Position numbers and translations under genes: made by a program. A DNA stretch of 64,000 bases from Trichinella spiralis (lineage: Eukaryota). How positions within the stretch are numbered: position 1 is the stretch's first letter; every line of letters starts with the position of its first letter. The stretch spans positions 124,001 through 188,000 of the forward strand of contig NW_003526941.1 of the NCBI RefSeq assembly GCF_000181795.1, given 5' to 3'. The notes under the pieces were generated by a model, which worked only from the letters and a program-made list of their open reading frames with translations, was not told the origin of the DNA and ran no database searches. Shown one piece after another: positions 62,538-64,000 of the stretch.

Positions 62538-63812
62538 TTATTTACAGTGCTTGACGAAAATTGAAACGTTCATGTTGCATTTTTGCATTTTCTTGTCTGC
62601 TTGTTGCAATGTCGTACATCTTTCTCAGAGCATCTTTCATATCGATATTGCAGATTGGTAGCTGAACAACAAGGACTCCATTCAGTCCAACCGCTCAACT
62701 CTGGGTAATCTTTCAACGCCTTTACAAAACTTTGATAACCGTTCCAAGTGGCACGCTGTTTGAAAGAAGCACCGTTTTCTAGAAAGAAAATGAACAGAAA
62801 ATGAAAGCATGCTTTCCTACTCGCAACATATATATGTCGTATTGTTGAAATCAGTCAACAAAATACTACGCATCACTATTACCAGCGCAATCAACTTGAT
62901 AATAATAGACGTAATATTCATCTTCAGGAACAAACAAATCTGGCCGTGTTGATGCACTTTCCGAATTGAGAATACAATTTTGTATTTCATCCTGAAACAT
63001 GGTTCATTGTGCAAAATTATTCAAAGATTTTTATATTTTTAAAAAATCCAACATCTTTGAAAAACATGGCTGATTTGCAACGGAACATCCCTGTTGATAA
63101 ACACAGTTGAACGCATTCGTCATCGTCAGCAGCGTCTACTACTTGTCTTGCATAGCCAACAAGAACGTATTGTGGAACGAATCGAAACGGTTTAGAACAT
63201 GGTGGAAGATCTTAAAAATATAAAATTAAAAATCCCACTCAACAATCAAAATCCAAAAAAAAAATTGCTTGCAATTATTTTAAAATTGTAAACGAACAGA
63301 AAGAATATTTCAAAGCTCAACGAACAAACTTCAAATAGGGAAATTTTGAAAATTTTCCAATAATCTATCTTTTCAGAAAAACTGAAAACAATACTGCATC
63401 TCATTTCAAATTTCACTCACTTGCATAGCAACGAATTGAATACAGTTTGCTGCCTGAATTTTCTTCTAAGTTATAGAGATCAATTGGTTGACTAGACAAC
63501 TGACACATTCTTCTACTAGAAAACTGAGCAGTCTGACATTTCAGATCCCCAAGCTTCAGTGGACTGCCATATTTGTCCTAAAAGATGTGCAATTTTTTTC
63601 AAAAATGACTTTCTGCAAAATAATCAAGCTATTCATATTTTACTCGATTTTCTTTGCAAGCTGTCAAACATTCTGCTTCACTGTGACCAGATAAGTCGTA
63701 AAATGGAATAGTTGTGGAAACGAAATTTTGCAGTAAAACCAATTTTGGAAGTGTAGAGCCCTCGCATTGGAATGTCGACACTTCCGTAGTAAGAACGCAT
63801 GATTCAGAAGGT
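62538..63812 (-). CDS. PAN/apple-domain protein with C-terminal TSP1-like motif (5' partial; upstream boundary uncertain)
   Basis: Two PAN-like modules (ECLTAC..CQTAQF..CQL; PQYVLVGYA..ECVQLCL..FRCKSAMFF..NCILNSE) followed by SGWTEWSPCC..QYRYERC..C. Stop at 62538. Confidence 0.8.
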
Positions 63813-64000
63813 CTAATTAAGACATCTTGTGTATTAAATTGAAATGTCACAATAAAATGATAAAGTGAAAAATGATCTTCACTTTCTAATTCATACAAAT
63901 AATTTTACTTACCTAATTTACTTTTTTACATGCTAACTTTAATTTACTTAACACAATTAATACATAGCTGCTATTGAAAAAATAAAAGGACAAATAAAAA

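Overview
AT-rich, intron-dense eukaryotic genomic DNA. Short GT-AG introns, compact gene packing and nematode-type PAN-domain and Wnt genes suggest a clade I nematode such as Trichinella; this is inference. Reading both strands and splicing by eye gives 17 protein-coding genes: UBA1 (3' end outside the window), NOL8-like, a small F-box protein, GFAT, GCAT/Kbl, plastin, a divergent GMC oxidoreductase, Wnt16/egl-20-like, selenoprotein K, synaptophysin, Rieske ISP, RPC4, ELL, DGAT1, Akt, an SLC22 transporter and a partial PAN-domain gene. The best result is a five-exon selenoprotein K gene (38496-39135) that the ORF track misses. It has an in-frame TGA in a GGGS-U-G-stop C-terminus and a clear SECIS hairpin about 80 nt downstream. 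Also found: a Buster-type hAT transposon derivative with terminal inverted repeats (TIRs), a target-site duplication (TSD) and a transposase remnant in a GFAT intron; three GC-AG introns; an operon-like isp-1/synaptophysin junction; an NLS-bearing distal first exon of UBA1; and a probable assembly artefact beside the N gap. Exon boundaries were read manually and may be off by a few bases.
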